DNA of 63,435 nucleotides, the filler included, from Reclinomonas americana ATCC 50394 (Eukaryota), in assembly GCA_048213135.1 (NCBI GenBank). It is 13 parts of 13 records of this genome, joined end to end, with 100 filler letters (N's around TTAATTAATTAA, not from the genome) between each part and the next. Parts side by side here need not be neighbours in the genome. Positions count along the whole stretch, not along the records: positions 4,881 to 20,236 come from AFZH01023710.1; positions 20,337 to 37,869 come from AFZH01023711.1; 11 more parts are not named here. One strand, given 5' to 3'. The stretch's first letter is position 1. Every line of letters begins with the position of its first letter. The notes under the pieces were generated by a model that was not told the DNA's origin, searched no databases, and was given only the letters and a program-made list of their open reading frames with translations. Below, piece after piece: positions 10,550-23,338 of this stretch. The translations under genes and the position numbers were made by a program.

Positions 10550-13500
10550 ATGGCGAGCGCAGGTCAGCTCTACTCCGTCACCCTGACTTTAACACACAAT
10601 GCTTACAATCTCGCGTACAGGCGGCGACAGGATCGCGGCGTTGCTTGCTGCTGTGAAACGTCTCCAGCAACGAGAGGTTATTCCGCGTGCTGCGTGTGAC
10701 GGTCACTTGCTCTCTCACACACACTCATGTGTGCTTCCTCTCCACAGGAACTTGCGACACTCGATGCCATACGGAGAGAGCTGGGTGCCGATTGTTGCGT
10801 GCGCGTGTGTTGCGGAGAGATGATTGATTCTCGTGCATCACTTTCATCTTCCACACGACGCAGATGCGAGCGTCGACCTGGATGATCTGGTGAGCGAGGC
10901 TTGTGATCGCGGAATCGTGGGGTGGAGTACAGTGGAGGATACTCGAGTACTGCAGGTCTTCGGAGGCGGAGGTGAGGATGCGATTTTATTGTGCACACGA
11001 TGCTTGGTATTCTAATCGCACCCGACAGGCGCTGGTGGACGTGGGTGGGGAGCGTCGGCGAGCGCACCTGCTTCGACAACTCGCCAGTCTTCCGCGGCCG
11101 CGGCGTTGCCAGCACGCATGATTCCATTGTCCGCACGTCCTCCCGCTCCGCCGTCGGCGAGACCATCACCAGGTTACTCTATGTCGTCCAGTCTGTTTTT
11201 GAATCAGCTGCCTTTGCTCATCACCTTCCTGTTTACACAGCCGTGCTCAGTCATGATGAGAAAGCTGCTCGTCTCGCAAAGCTTGTGCGCCAGCACTGCG
11301 ACGACACAGGGGTGCGTTGTTGTGTGTGTTGCACGCAATGGCCTGATGGTGTCCACTCAACGCATATGTGGGCGTTGCAGTGTGTCATGAGCGTGAGGCT
11401 AGGCGATTTGGTGAAGCTGCAGTCGGAGGTGTTCTACACTGGGGGTTCGTTTCTCTCTCGCCTGATGAGTTCACCGCCGTGCTCCGTTGTCATTATGTGC
11501 TGTCGCTTCAGACACGGGAAAGTTTGCGGCACTCTTGCAATGTGCTGTGCAGCGGAATCTGTTGCGAATATGTGGCGAGAACAAGTCGGTGGTGCAACTC
11601 GTGGACTTTGTCTCGGAAACACGGTCTCCGTCGCCATCGTCGCCGCCGAAGGCACTCACTGCCGCTGCTCCCACAGCCGAAAAGAAGAGTTGCGTGGATG
11701 TGATTGTGCTGCGTGATGGTCGGTAATCTCACAATGTGCCTCTCATATGTCGCCGATGTAGAGTCTCGTAGTCGCGAAGAGAAGGCAGAGCGACTTGCCG
11801 CTCTTGTGTGGGAACACGGAACTGATGGGGTATGATCCCTGGTGTCTGTGGTCACGTCATCTCAGGCTCACTCTACATACGCCATACCTGTTTCAGCGTA
11901 TCCGCGTAGCACTTCTCAAGTCACTCGTGGAGAAGGAAGACCAATTCCTGTTGTCGAACGGTGCGTGCCTTCTGGACTTTATTGTGGCGCGCATTGTGGA
12001 ATCACCGTTTGCTTTTATGCTCAGGGAAAAAGAAGAAAAAGGCTAAGTCTTTGGATCCAGTTATCCAGTCTGCCGTTAGCCGCCGCATACTCAACTTCGT
12101 TGACGGCCAGAAGACAGTGGTGCAAGTTGTACAACGGCCGAATCCGGCAACTCCACTGTCCATTGCAGCCACACAGTCTTCACCCGTCGCAGACGCTGCT
12201 GCTTCATTGTCGAAGCCGCTGTTCACCGCCGCTGCGCCTGCTGCGCAGCAGAAAAGTTGCGTATTCGTCTGTGTGCCAGCATGCTAGTCCCCGTCACTGG
12301 ACGACGCTGTAGTAACATTGTGTATGCAAATGCATCTTACGGTGCGTTAGAAATCTCACTTGCTGCAAAGAGAGCAGCTGGACTAGCTGCTCTGGTGCGC
12401 GAATATGGAACTGAAGGGGTCTGCTACGCCTATCGTTGTCGTGCTTCATGAAAGTGCTCATACTCACTCAAAATATGGATGCGTGCGTGCTTCAGCGAAT
12501 CGACGTCGAACAGCTTAAGGCACTTGCAGAGGCTGACGGGCAGTTGTTGCTGTCGAAGAGTTGCGTGTCTCCACGTGTCTGTGTATGGATTCCCTGTTGT
12601 GCGCATCATGGTATCACAGTTCTATACAATACTCAGGCAAAAAGACGATCAAGCCGTTTGCGCGGGTTCTCGCATCTGCCATTGACCGTCGTGTGCTGAT
12701 GTACATTGATTGCAAGACCGCGGTGCAAGTTGTACGGCCGCCGAATTCGGCAACTCCACTCTCCACTGCTGCCGCGCCGGCGTCGTCCGTCGCAGCCACC
12801 GCCGTTACGTTGTCGAAGCCGCTGATCACTGCCGCTGCGCCCGCTGCACAGAAGCAGAGTTGCGCGTTTTTCTGCACGTGCGTATGTCTCTCGCAAAACG
12901 GCACGTCGCATTAACATTTTGTGGCGAATTCAATAGTACTCGATCCCATTCAAAGAGCTGAAAGGCTTGCCGCCCTGGTACGCGAACATGGAACTGAAGG
13001 GGTCTGCGTCGCCAATCAAAGTCGTCATGCGCATGAATGGATAATGCTCACTCAAGTGTGCATGTGCTAACTTTTCTTAGCGGATCGATGTCAGTACACT
13101 CGAATCACTTGTGGAGATGGACAGATATATGTTGCTGTCAAATGGTGCGTGACATCTCTCGACATTATCGTTGTGCGCATCATGTGTTCACCGTTTCTTT
13201 CGCATCCAATGCCCAGGGAATAAGAGTAAGCCTAAGCCGAAGCCATTTGATCACGTTGTCGCAGCTGCGGTTGCCCGTCGCGTGCTCGAATACGTTGATG
13301 GCAAGGCCGCTGTGCAAGTTGTCAGATCGTTCGATTCGGCAACGCCCTCGCTGCGGTCCCCGAAGCCTCTTTCCGCCGCAGCCTCCACAATGTTGTCTGC
13401 CAAGACTCTCGTCGCTGCCGCGGTGCCCGCTGCTGCGAAACTCAGTTGCATACACACCGCTGTCTGTTTGTGGCTGGTTGTACTTTGATTTCACGATTCA

Positions 13501-16500
13501 TCGTCACAGCGAGACCAGGGGTGCTCACTCTCGAAGAGAAAATAGTCTTGCTTGTCAATCTTTTGCGCAATCATGGAAAGCATGAGGTCTGGCACGCTGA
13601 TCGTGCTTTGTTTCCTCGCGTTCGTTTGCCGTGCTCATTCCGATGATATTCACATCTCAGGGAATCGATGTCGAATCACTCTGGGGACTCGTGGACAAGA
13701 AGCGGTTTATATTTCGAATTGGTATGTGCATTTTCGTTGCGAACAACAATTGCACATCACGCACATGTCCATCTGCATCACTACTGTTTAAACCAACAGG
13801 ACGAAAGGGATTCAATGACGTTCTGGCAGCTGCCATTAAGTGCCACTTGCTTGAATACATTGACGACGGCAACACCACGGTGCGACTTGGACAATCAATG
13901 AGTCCAGCAGCGTCGCTCGACCATACTTTGACAGTGGAGGAGCTTTCATCCGCAGCCGCCACCGTCGAAGCGTTGTCGACGCCGCTGACTGCTGCTGCTC
14001 CGGAAACTGAGGCAGTCAGTTGCGTGTTCATCTGCGTGTCTTCTACGCATTGCCATCGCCAATATGTTCATCTTCATCGTGCGGCACGTGCAGAAATCCT
14101 CAGTGACGAGGAGAAAGCAACAAGACTCGCTGCTCTGGTGCGCAAACGTGGAAATAACGGGGTCTGCAACTTGCCTTCCATGCGCTAATGTGCGTCTCAA
14201 TCGTCTGGCTCACTCTCCGCTTCGGACGTGTCTTCGTCATTCAGAGAATCGATCTTGGATTTCTCGGCGCACTTGTGATGCTGCAGCCGGCTGTCTTCAA
14301 GACTGGTAGTGAGTACTTTGTTGCGCGCGCGGTACTTGTGATCACGGTCATCAACTGGTACTATCACAGAGACAAGGACTCTGTCGCAAATGCTTAGGTG
14401 TGCACTGGATCTCGGCCTGCTCGAGTACTGTGCGGACCGCAGCAATTGGGTGCAAGTAGCTAGTGCTGCGCAGTCAGATCTAGAATTCTCGGCCGCTGCG
14501 TCAACTGAAACCGCCGCCCTCACACTGCCGGATGCGGAATCGATACCCACTGCATCACCTCCGCCACTGACTGCCGCTGCGCCCACTGCACAGAAGAAAA
14601 GTTGCGTATTCGTCTGTGTGCTAGTCTCCGACGCCGTATTAACTTCGTGTATTACCGTGCGTTAGAAATCACACGTGCTGCCAAGAGAACAACGAGACTC
14701 GTTGATCTGGTGCTTGAACGTGGAACTGAAGGGGTCTGCTACGCCAATCGTCGTCGTGCTGCATGTGAGTGCTCATACTCACTAAGAATATGGATGCGTG
14801 CCCCAGCGAATCGACGTCGAACAGCTCAAGGCACTTGCAGAGGAGGACAGGCATTTGTTGCTGTTGAAAGGTGCGTGAATCTCGACACTGTGGTGTGTAA
14901 CATCGATTCACCGTATCTACAATGCTCAGGGAAGAAGATGAAGTCCAAGTATTTTGAGCAAGTTCTCGCATCTGCCATTGGCCGTCACGTTCTCGAATAC
15001 ATTGATGATAGCAAGTCCGCGGTGCAAGTTGTCAGATCGTTGGATTCGGCAACGCCCTCGCAGCGCTCCCCTAAGCTTTTTTCCAGCACAGTCGCCATGC
15101 AATTGTCTTCGAAGGCTCTCGTCGCTGCCGCGGTGCCCGCTGCTGCGAAACTCAGTTGCATACACACCGCTGTCTGTTTGTGGCTAGTTGTACTTTGATT
15201 TCACGATTCATCGTCACAGCGAGACCTGGGGTGCTCACCCTCGAAGAGAAAATAGTCTTGCTTGTCAATCTTTTGCGCAGTCATGGAAAGCATGAGGTCT
15301 GGCACGCTGATCGTGCTTTGTTTCCTCGCGTTCGTTTGCCGTGCTCATTCCGATATTCGCAACATCCAGGGAATCGATGTGGAATCGCTCTGGGGACTCG
15401 TGGACAAGAAGCGGTTTGTATTTCGACTTGGTATGTGCATTTTCTTTGTGAACGACAATTGCACATCGCACATATCCATCACCACTTTTTACACCAACAG
15501 CAAGAAAAGGATTTAATGGCGTTCTGGCAGCTGCCATTGAGTGCCACGTGCTTGAATACATGGACGACGGCAACACCACGGTGCGACTTGGACAATCAAT
15601 GAGTCCAGCAGCGTCGCCCGACCATACTTTGACAGTGGAGGAGCCTTCATCCGCAGCCGCCACCGTCGAAGCGTTGTCGACGCCGCTGACTGCTGCTGCT
15701 CCGCAAACTGAGGAACTCGGTTGCGTGTACATCTGCGTGTCTTCTACGCATCGCTATCGCCAATATGTTCATCTTCATCGTGCGGCACGTGCAGAAATCC
15801 TCAGCGACGAGGAGAAAGCAACAAGACTCGCTGCTCTGGTGCGCGAACGTGGAAATAACGGGGTCTGCAACTTGCCTTCCAAGTGCTTATGCGCACCTCA
15901 ATCGTCTGGCTCACTCTCCGCTTCGGACGTGTCTTCGTCATTCAGAGAATCGATCTTGGATTTCTCGGCGTACTTGTGAGCTTGCAGCCGGATATCTTCA
16001 AGACTGGCAGTGAGTACTTTGTTGCGCGCGCGGTACACAAGTATGGTCGTCAACTGGCGCCATCACAGAGACAAGGAAGCTTTCGCAGGTACTGCAATGT
16101 GCACTGGATCTAGGCCTGCTCGAGTACTTTGGCGACAGCAGCAATTGGGTGCGATTGGCGAGCATCTCTAACACTGTGTCGCAATCAACCACTTTCGCTG
16201 TGTCATCTCCGCCTCCGACTGCTGCTGCTGCTGCATCGGCATCTGAAGACCTGAGTTGCGTACTTGCCGTCACTGTGTGTGATGTGCATTGCTGACATTT
16301 CATGATTCGTGTAGTCCAATCAGTGCTTTCTTTGGCGAATTCAAGCCCCCCGACTCTCTCGAGTAACCCCCCGACTGCAATCCCAGTGTACGCTTCCACC
16401 GACTCGAGCACGGACTCAAATGCAGTCTCCACGCCAGCCACCGAATCTTCGACCCGCTCGTCGACTCTGGTGAAGAGCGCAGCAGTCCTGATCACCGCCA

Positions 16501-16541
16501 TCTATTTTTTTACCAAATACTTTCGGCGCAGAAAATCATAA
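10550..16541 (+). CDS. About 33-exon protein with 9 (plus 1 divergent) tandem LOTUS/OST-HTH-like winged-helix repeats, Ala/Ser/Pro/Thr linkers and a C-terminal tail anchor
   Basis: Each repeat is three exons with intron phases 1/0/1, e.g. SREEKAERLAALVWEHGTDG | RIRVALLKSLVEKEDQFLLSN | GKKKKKAKSLDPVIQSAVSRRILNFVDGQKTVVQVV. Last exon 16315-16541 ends LVKSAAVLITAIYFFTKYFRRRKS*. An in-frame upstream ATG lies at 10511. The gene model is well supported; the domain identity is inferred. Confidence 0.75.
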
Positions 16542-16598
16542 CAAGTGCAGCTTCATCTAGTGCATTCCCCTCACTTCACAATCATTCATTCACCGCCT

Positions 16599-19500
16599 TC
16601 AATCCACACACGTGACGGCCGCTGCCTCCGCTTCACGCATGCAGTCCTCCATCAGCGCCACAACACCGCTATTGCCACAGTGCGTCACCTTCTCCAGCAG
16701 ACCACGCACGGCGCCCACAGCCTCCTGTCTTGTCATCTTCTCCAAATCCATCTCGCAGAACTCGCACAGAGCGTCATTGACTACTCGTTCGCCCTGCATC
16801 CCGAAACCATCAGCAGCGCGATCATAGCACACACCGCCGACCATCACACACACTCACCTGCGGGTCCAGTTTGCGTCGCTTCCGCTGTGGCTCTCCAGTG
16901 TCTTCGTCGTCGTCGCCACCGCCGGCCATTACCACATCTGCCAGGGAGCATTTTTGAGAAACAAGACTGAACAGGAGAGTGCATGGTCTCTTTTGGCTCC
17001 AGCATGCAGTGCATGGAGAGATGACAAGGGGCGTGGGAGAGAGTGCATCAAAAGCAGCCAAACGCAAGAATAAACAAGGTGGAGTGGTGACATGGGGTAT
17101 GACAGAGAGCGCATGCTCTGATTGCCAATGTGGTAAGGATGAGGGCAGCGAAGGGAGCAATACAAATGTACGGGATGTGCATCCCGAGCGCAAAAATGAA
17201 AGTGGAGTGATGACAAGGGGCAAGGCGAAAACATGGTGTGCAAGAAGAGGAGGAGAGCACAACAGGATGGAAGAGCACGTACGATATGAAGTCACCGTAA
17301 GCTGTCACATGAAATGGAAGAAAGGAGTGTTGAACAACGCGCTAAGTTACCCACATGGTATTCTCTCTATCTATCAATCTATCAATCTGTCTCCATCTAT
17401 CCACATGCTTGACTGCCTGTGCGCCTGTCTGTCTTTGTCCTCACTCCACCCAGCGCTTTCTGCATCTGCCGTGCTTTTCTCACTTCCTCTCCTCTCTGTC
17501 CATCAGTGAAAGAAGTAAAACAGGATGTAAGCTGTGAAGTGACTGCCAACACAGCCACATGCAAGGAAAGAGAAGGCGCACTGAATGAGAGAGTGCGTCT
17601 TTCGTAATCATAGTGTAGACAACAAAGGCGGAGCGCAAGAAGAATGAGGAGGGAAGGAGGAAAAGGTTGCGTACTCTAAAGTGACTGCCAATACAGTCAC
17701 ATGCAGTGCTAGAGAACGAATATTGAATGAGAGAAAGTGCATCGCCCCAAAGTGACCACCACGCAGCCACCTGCGCGTCATCCACACTCACCACCACTGC
17801 TACCCGACGCCGACGCGGACGCGCCGTCGTCGCCCCCAGCACTCTTGTCAAAGTCCTCCAATTCTGAAGCCTTGCGGCGAGCCATCTGTGCAGCACAACG
17901 CCCCATTTCATCAGTCAACCCCCCGAGCAATTGCCTTCGAGACACATCGCACCTTGATCACACTGGGTGGGAATCCCGCCAGCTCCGCCACATGGATGCC
18001 GAAGCTCTGATCGCATGCACCGTCTTGCACCCTGTAGGACCGTGAGAATCAGCACCGCGCCAGCCCTCATTATCAGTGAAACAATGTCCGCAACTTGTAC
18101 AACATGGTCAACGTGTTACCACGAGTGTGCGCGGTCACGTGCTTGTTCTTGATGCCCGGCGCGTTGCCTTCCAGTGCCGTGAGCTCGTGGAAGTGCGTCG
18201 CAAAGAGGCAGAAGCACCCAATGTCACGGGCAATGTGCTCCGAAATGGCGTACGCCAATCCGTAGCCATCGTAGGTGCTCGTGCCGCGGCCGAGTTCATC
18301 AATCACCACCAGCGAGTTGGCCGTTGCCGACTGCAGAATCGACGACGTCTCCAACATCTCCGACATGAAGGTGGAGATGCCGCGCAGCTGTGAATCCGAT
18401 GCGCCAACACGCGCCGAGATGCAGTCGACGGCCGAGATCACCGCCGACTCGCACGGCACAAAGCAGCCGATTTGCGCCATGAGCGTCACCACACCGATCT
18501 GAGAGACAACTATTGTGTGAGTGTCTCTCACTCACGCGTACAAGGAAAGGGAGGGTCACGCACACACACACTCTCTCTCTCACATACATACACACTCCCT
18601 CACACACGCACATACATACATACATACATACATACATACATACATACATACATACATACACACATATACACATATACACATATATACACAGACATACATA
18701 CGTACAAACACTCTTTTTCTCTCTCTCACAAACACATACATACATACATACACACACATATATTTCACACATACATACACACGAATAAATACACACTCTC
18801 TCTCTCACACACACATATATATACACAGACATACATACATACAAACACTCTTTCTCTCTCTTACACACACATACATACATACACACACACACACTCTCTC
18901 TCTCTCTTTCTCTCTCACACACACCGAGCGAATGTACGTCGACTTGCCGCCCATATTCGGACCCGACACAATCACAAAGTTGCTGTCGCCCTTGACCATG
19001 GACACACTGTTGGCGATGAACGCCACCCCGTCCTGCACCTCGAGACATGGGTGGCGCGCCTGTGCAATTCACATGAGCTCACAGACGGCGAAAAAAAAGG
19101 TACAAGCACGTGCGCCGTACCTCGGTGAGCACCAGCTGGCGCGAACCAATGGCATGCACCTCCGGACGAACGTACGGGATCGGTGCCTGCACTGAGCTCT
19201 CCGCCAGCGCCAACAGCACATCGAGTTCACTCAGCACATCTGCCACATCCTCCACCACCGGCATGTACGTGGCCACAATGGCCATGGCCTGCGTTCCATG
19301 CAAGAGTGGTGAGGTGACACGCACGTTCGAGACAATAGCGTGGAAAGCAAAATCCACGCAACCTTGTCAACCAGTTCGGTCTGCTTGACGTCGTACTGCT
19401 CGCGGAGATCGCTGTATTGCGAGTTGAGGGTGCGCAGCTTCGGGTTGGTGAAACGCACTTGGCCCTGCGTCACTTCGCTCTGCAGTTCTGGCCGCGCGCG

Positions 19501-20236
19501 AATCGCTTTTTCATGCTGCGCACACACACACATTCACACACACAAACAAACGGATTCCACATTAGACCAGGTGCGTTGGTGGGCCACAGAGAGTCGAAAA
19601 GAGTGTTGGCGAACCTTCTTGGGGACCTTGAAGTGGTATCCGAGCTTGATGTTTTGCTCGAGCTTCACCACCTTGTCGGCCTCCAGCTGCAGTGAGGAGC
19701 ACATCTCCCGCCACGCACGCTGGATCTGCTGCTCGAGCAACTTGATTTCCGTGCTCAATTCCTGTCGCGCAGGTGAGTACACGGATGCTCCCCCCTTGAG
19801 GAAACGCAATCTCGCACGTACCGCCAGCTGGTCGTCAAAGTCGGCCTTGATGTTGTACTTGTGGTGCTCCACTTGTTCCAGATCCACCACGTTCTCCACG
19901 AGAGCAATCAAGTTGTGCATGTCGTCGGCCGCCTTTTGCAGCGGCTCCACAAAGCGCACACGAACCGCCTGCAACTCGCAGTCGCGGAAGGCGTCGGCCA
20001 GGTTGGGCAGAGCCAACGCCAGCTGATACAGGCGGACGGCATCGTCGAGGCGAGCGCGGCCGCGTTGCAGTTTCTTCACCGTGCGGGGCAAATCCGGAAT
20101 GCGCTTCAAATGCTCATCGCGAAGCGTCTGCCGAAGCACCGTCTCCTGTACGAAGAGCTCCACCAGATCCAAGCGTGCATCTGCTCGTTGAGAGAGAGAG
20201 AGAGAGTAGATGAATAGACGTGCAACACAATACGAC
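16599..20236 (-). CDS. MSH2: DNA mismatch repair protein MSH2, 5' part lost in gap
   Basis: [36 protein letters not shown], Walker [78 protein letters not shown] and MSH2-like C-terminal helices. Confidence 0.97.
18560..18922. repeat. (CATA)n/(CA)n/(CT)n compound microsatellite in an MSH2 intron
   Basis: catacatacata... runs seen directly. Confidence 0.95.
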
Positions 20237-20393
20237 NNNNNNNNNNNNNNNNNNNNNNNNNNNNNNNNNNNNNNNNNNNNTTAATTAATTAANNNNNNNN
20301 NNNNNNNNNNNNNNNNNNNNNNNNNNNNNNNNNNNNGAGGTGCAATAGAAAGAGAGTGGATTGTGCCTGCAGAATGTGTGACCGTCTGCACAG

Positions 20394-21733
20394 GAACATC
20401 GGCACGGGCTACTTTGGTTGCCGCACAAGCGAAGGCCAGTTCGATCCCGACATGTTCACCAAGACCGCCAGCCAGCCGCAAGTCAAGATGATTGAGATCA
20501 AGCTGAGTCAGGGCGCCAAGCCCGGTCACGGTGGCGTGCTGCCCGGCACCAAGGTGACGCCCGAGATTGCCGAGGCCCGTGGCGTCAAGGTCGGCGAGGA
20601 CTGCAACTCGCCACCGCGCCACAGCGCGTTCACGGGACCGCGTGGACTCGTCGAGTTTATCGCCCGTCTGCGCGAGTTGTCCGGCGGCAAACCCATCGGC
20701 TTCAAGCTGTGCCTCGGTCGGCCGGAGGAGTTTACGGCTGTCGTGCACGCCATGTTGGTGAGTGGCCGGTGGGAAATAGAGTGTGTGGTGGTGGTCGGCA
20801 TGATACTCACACGGGAGCAGGAACTCAACACGTACCCCGACTTTATCACCGTCGACGGTGGTGAGGGTGGCACGGGCGCTGCGCCGCCCGAGTTCAGCAA
20901 CCACGTGGGCACGCCACTCGTGGAGGCTCTGTCGTTTGTCGACAATGTGTTGGAGGGTGCCGGTGTGCGTGGCCAGGTGAGCATGTGATGATGATGAGAG
21001 CGGTGATGGCCCCTCGCTTCCGCTGACGATCGTGCGCAGGTCAAGCTGATTGCCTCTGGAAAAATCCTCTCCGGCTTCTCCGTCGTGCGCACGCTGGCGC
21101 TGGGTGCCGACGTGTGCAACTCGGCTCGCGCCATGATGTTCGCGCTCGGATGCATCCAGGCTCTCAAGTGCAACACCAATCGTTGGTGAGTTTCAGCACA
21201 GCACTGTCGAGATGTTATTGTCATTCACGTGCACGCGTCTCAGCCCGACTGGCATCGCCACACAAGACCCCGAGCTGATGAAGGGTCTCGTGCCCGGCGA
21301 CAAGGCCGAGCGTGTGGAGCGCTACCACAAGAAGACCATCAAGTCTGCGATTGAGCTGATCGGTTCGTCGCATGCAGTCTCCTAACGCAGATCCACCCTC
21401 CGCGCTCATTCCTCTCTGACAGGAGCCATTGGACTCAACTCCCCCGAGCTACTGCGCCCGGAGCATGTGATGCGCCGAGTCAGCTCCACCCGCGTGGCGT
21501 CGTACGCCGAGCAGTACCCGCGTGTGGCCACCGGCTGCTTGCGGACGGGCCAGGGACCGACGGCACTGCAGTCGGCGTGGGAAGCCGGCTACAAGCTGCT
21601 GCACCCGCCACCGTGCATGAACGCCCCGCACATGCTCGAGTCATCCACCAGTGCGTTGACGCACACGCCTCCCTTGTTCCTCCTGTTCCGCACGACTCAC
21701 TTCGTTACCACAGCTCGCATCATTGCCGCCTGA
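20394..21733 (+). CDS. FMN-binding glutamate synthase family protein (single-domain, YerD/GlxD-like), 5' part lost in gap
   Basis: NIGTGYFGCR, EIKLSQGAKPGHGGVLPG, GKPIGFK, DFITVDGGEGGTGAAP, ASGK, LALGAD and the 3Fe-4S motif CIQALKCNTNRCPTGIATQ. Stop codon follows soon after the FMN domain. Confidence 0.93.
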
Positions 21734-21838
21734 GACCGCTCAGACAGACCAGACCGCATGTGGAGTGTCTTTTTGTTCTCTACTTGCCCTCGCACGTGCA
21801 TAATAAAGCCTCACAAAACAACACAGTCTGAATTTCAC

Positions 21839-23147
21839 TTACTCGTCCGTCTCTGTCAGTTCGTCCTCGTGCAGCCAGGCCGGATCGCTCAGGTCGCAGT
21901 TGCCGCCGCACAGCACCACACCGACACTGCTCGGCGGGGTGAATGACAACTCTCGCGCTCGTGACACAAAAAGAAAAACTCACCGGCGCACATGCGGATG
22001 ACGACGACAGAAATCCGCAAATGCCTTGGTCTGCGTCACGGCCACGCCCACACCAGCACTCGGCTCGATAACCTGTGTGACAGGGTGAGCAAACGTGAGG
22101 CTCGTGAAGTGAAAAACAAAGGGCGTACCAGCTTCATGCGCTCGCCAACCAGCCGCATACACCTCGCGATGCTGCGCTCCGACACACAAATCACCTCGTC
22201 GACCTGATCACGAATCACAGGCCACGTCAGGTCGCCCAGCGACGTTCGCAGACCACTGCAGGGGGCACGGTGAGCAGCTGTACACCAACAGAATTCGCAC
22301 ACCAACACCAACGCAACTCGGCAATCGTCTGCGGGTTCGTCTGCGGCTGCCGCTCGCCACACTGCTTGCCACGCCACGCATCATCGGCACCCCGCGGCTC
22401 CGCACCAATCACCAAAATCGACGGCTTGATCGCCTTGGCCGCAATGGTGATGCCCGAAATCAGGCCACCGCCACCAATCGGCGCAATGATGCAGTCCAAG
22501 TCGGGCGCCTGCTCCAGCATCTCCACGGCAATCGTGCCCTGCCCGGCAATCACATCGGCATGATCGAAGGGCGGAATCATTGTCGCACCCGTGCGCTCCA
22601 CAATCTCCCGCGCCGCCGCCTCTCGACTCTCCAACGTCGGCACACACTCCGTGATGGTCACCCACTCGCCAAACCGCTGCGTCGCCCTCCGCTTGATCGC
22701 CGGCGCCGTTGTCGGCATCACAATGAACGCCGGAATGCCTCGATCGGCCGCTGCGCATGCCAGCGCCTGCGCGTGGTTCCCCGACGAGTGCGTCACCACT
22801 CCGCGCTTGGCCTCCTCATCGGAGAGCCGCAGCACGGCGTTGTAGGCACCGCGGACCTTGAAGACACCGCACTGTGTGTGTGGAGGCATGCATTGTCAGC
22901 CTCTCGTCGACGAGCGTGCATGTGTCACTGCGCACCTTTTGCAGGTTCTCGCACTTGAAGAGCACCTCCACTGGCGCCGAGGCCATGGACGACATCTGCA
23001 TGCGAGGTGGTGAGATGACAGTGAGTGTCTCTCTCTCTCTCTCTCTGTGCATACCTCACGCGATGGCAGCAGCGGAGTCACATGCACAATGTCGCGCACA
23101 CGCTCATGCGCAGCACGCACATCGTCGAGTGTCACACAGGCGGCCAT
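21839..23147 (-). CDS. PLP fold-type II serine racemase / Ser-Thr dehydratase
   Basis: FKCENLQKCGVFKVRGA (PLP lysine), VVTHSSGNHAQA, IAGQGT, PIGGGGLISG, TIADGLRT, ERMKLVIEPSAG and VVLCGGN. Confidence 0.93.
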
Positions 23148-23338
23148 GTGAGAACGAAGAGAGTGCGCTCGCGACAAGTGTTTGTCTTGTCATCAATCAC
23201 TCTGCGTTCTGCGCAAAAGGTGCGTCGTCTTTCCGCCTCTGCATGCAACCTGCTAGCGATCCTCTAACTCCGTGTCGCACACACACACAGCGTCTCTTGT
23301 CTCTCTCTGTGTGTGTGTTCTCTTGTCGCGCATTTGCC

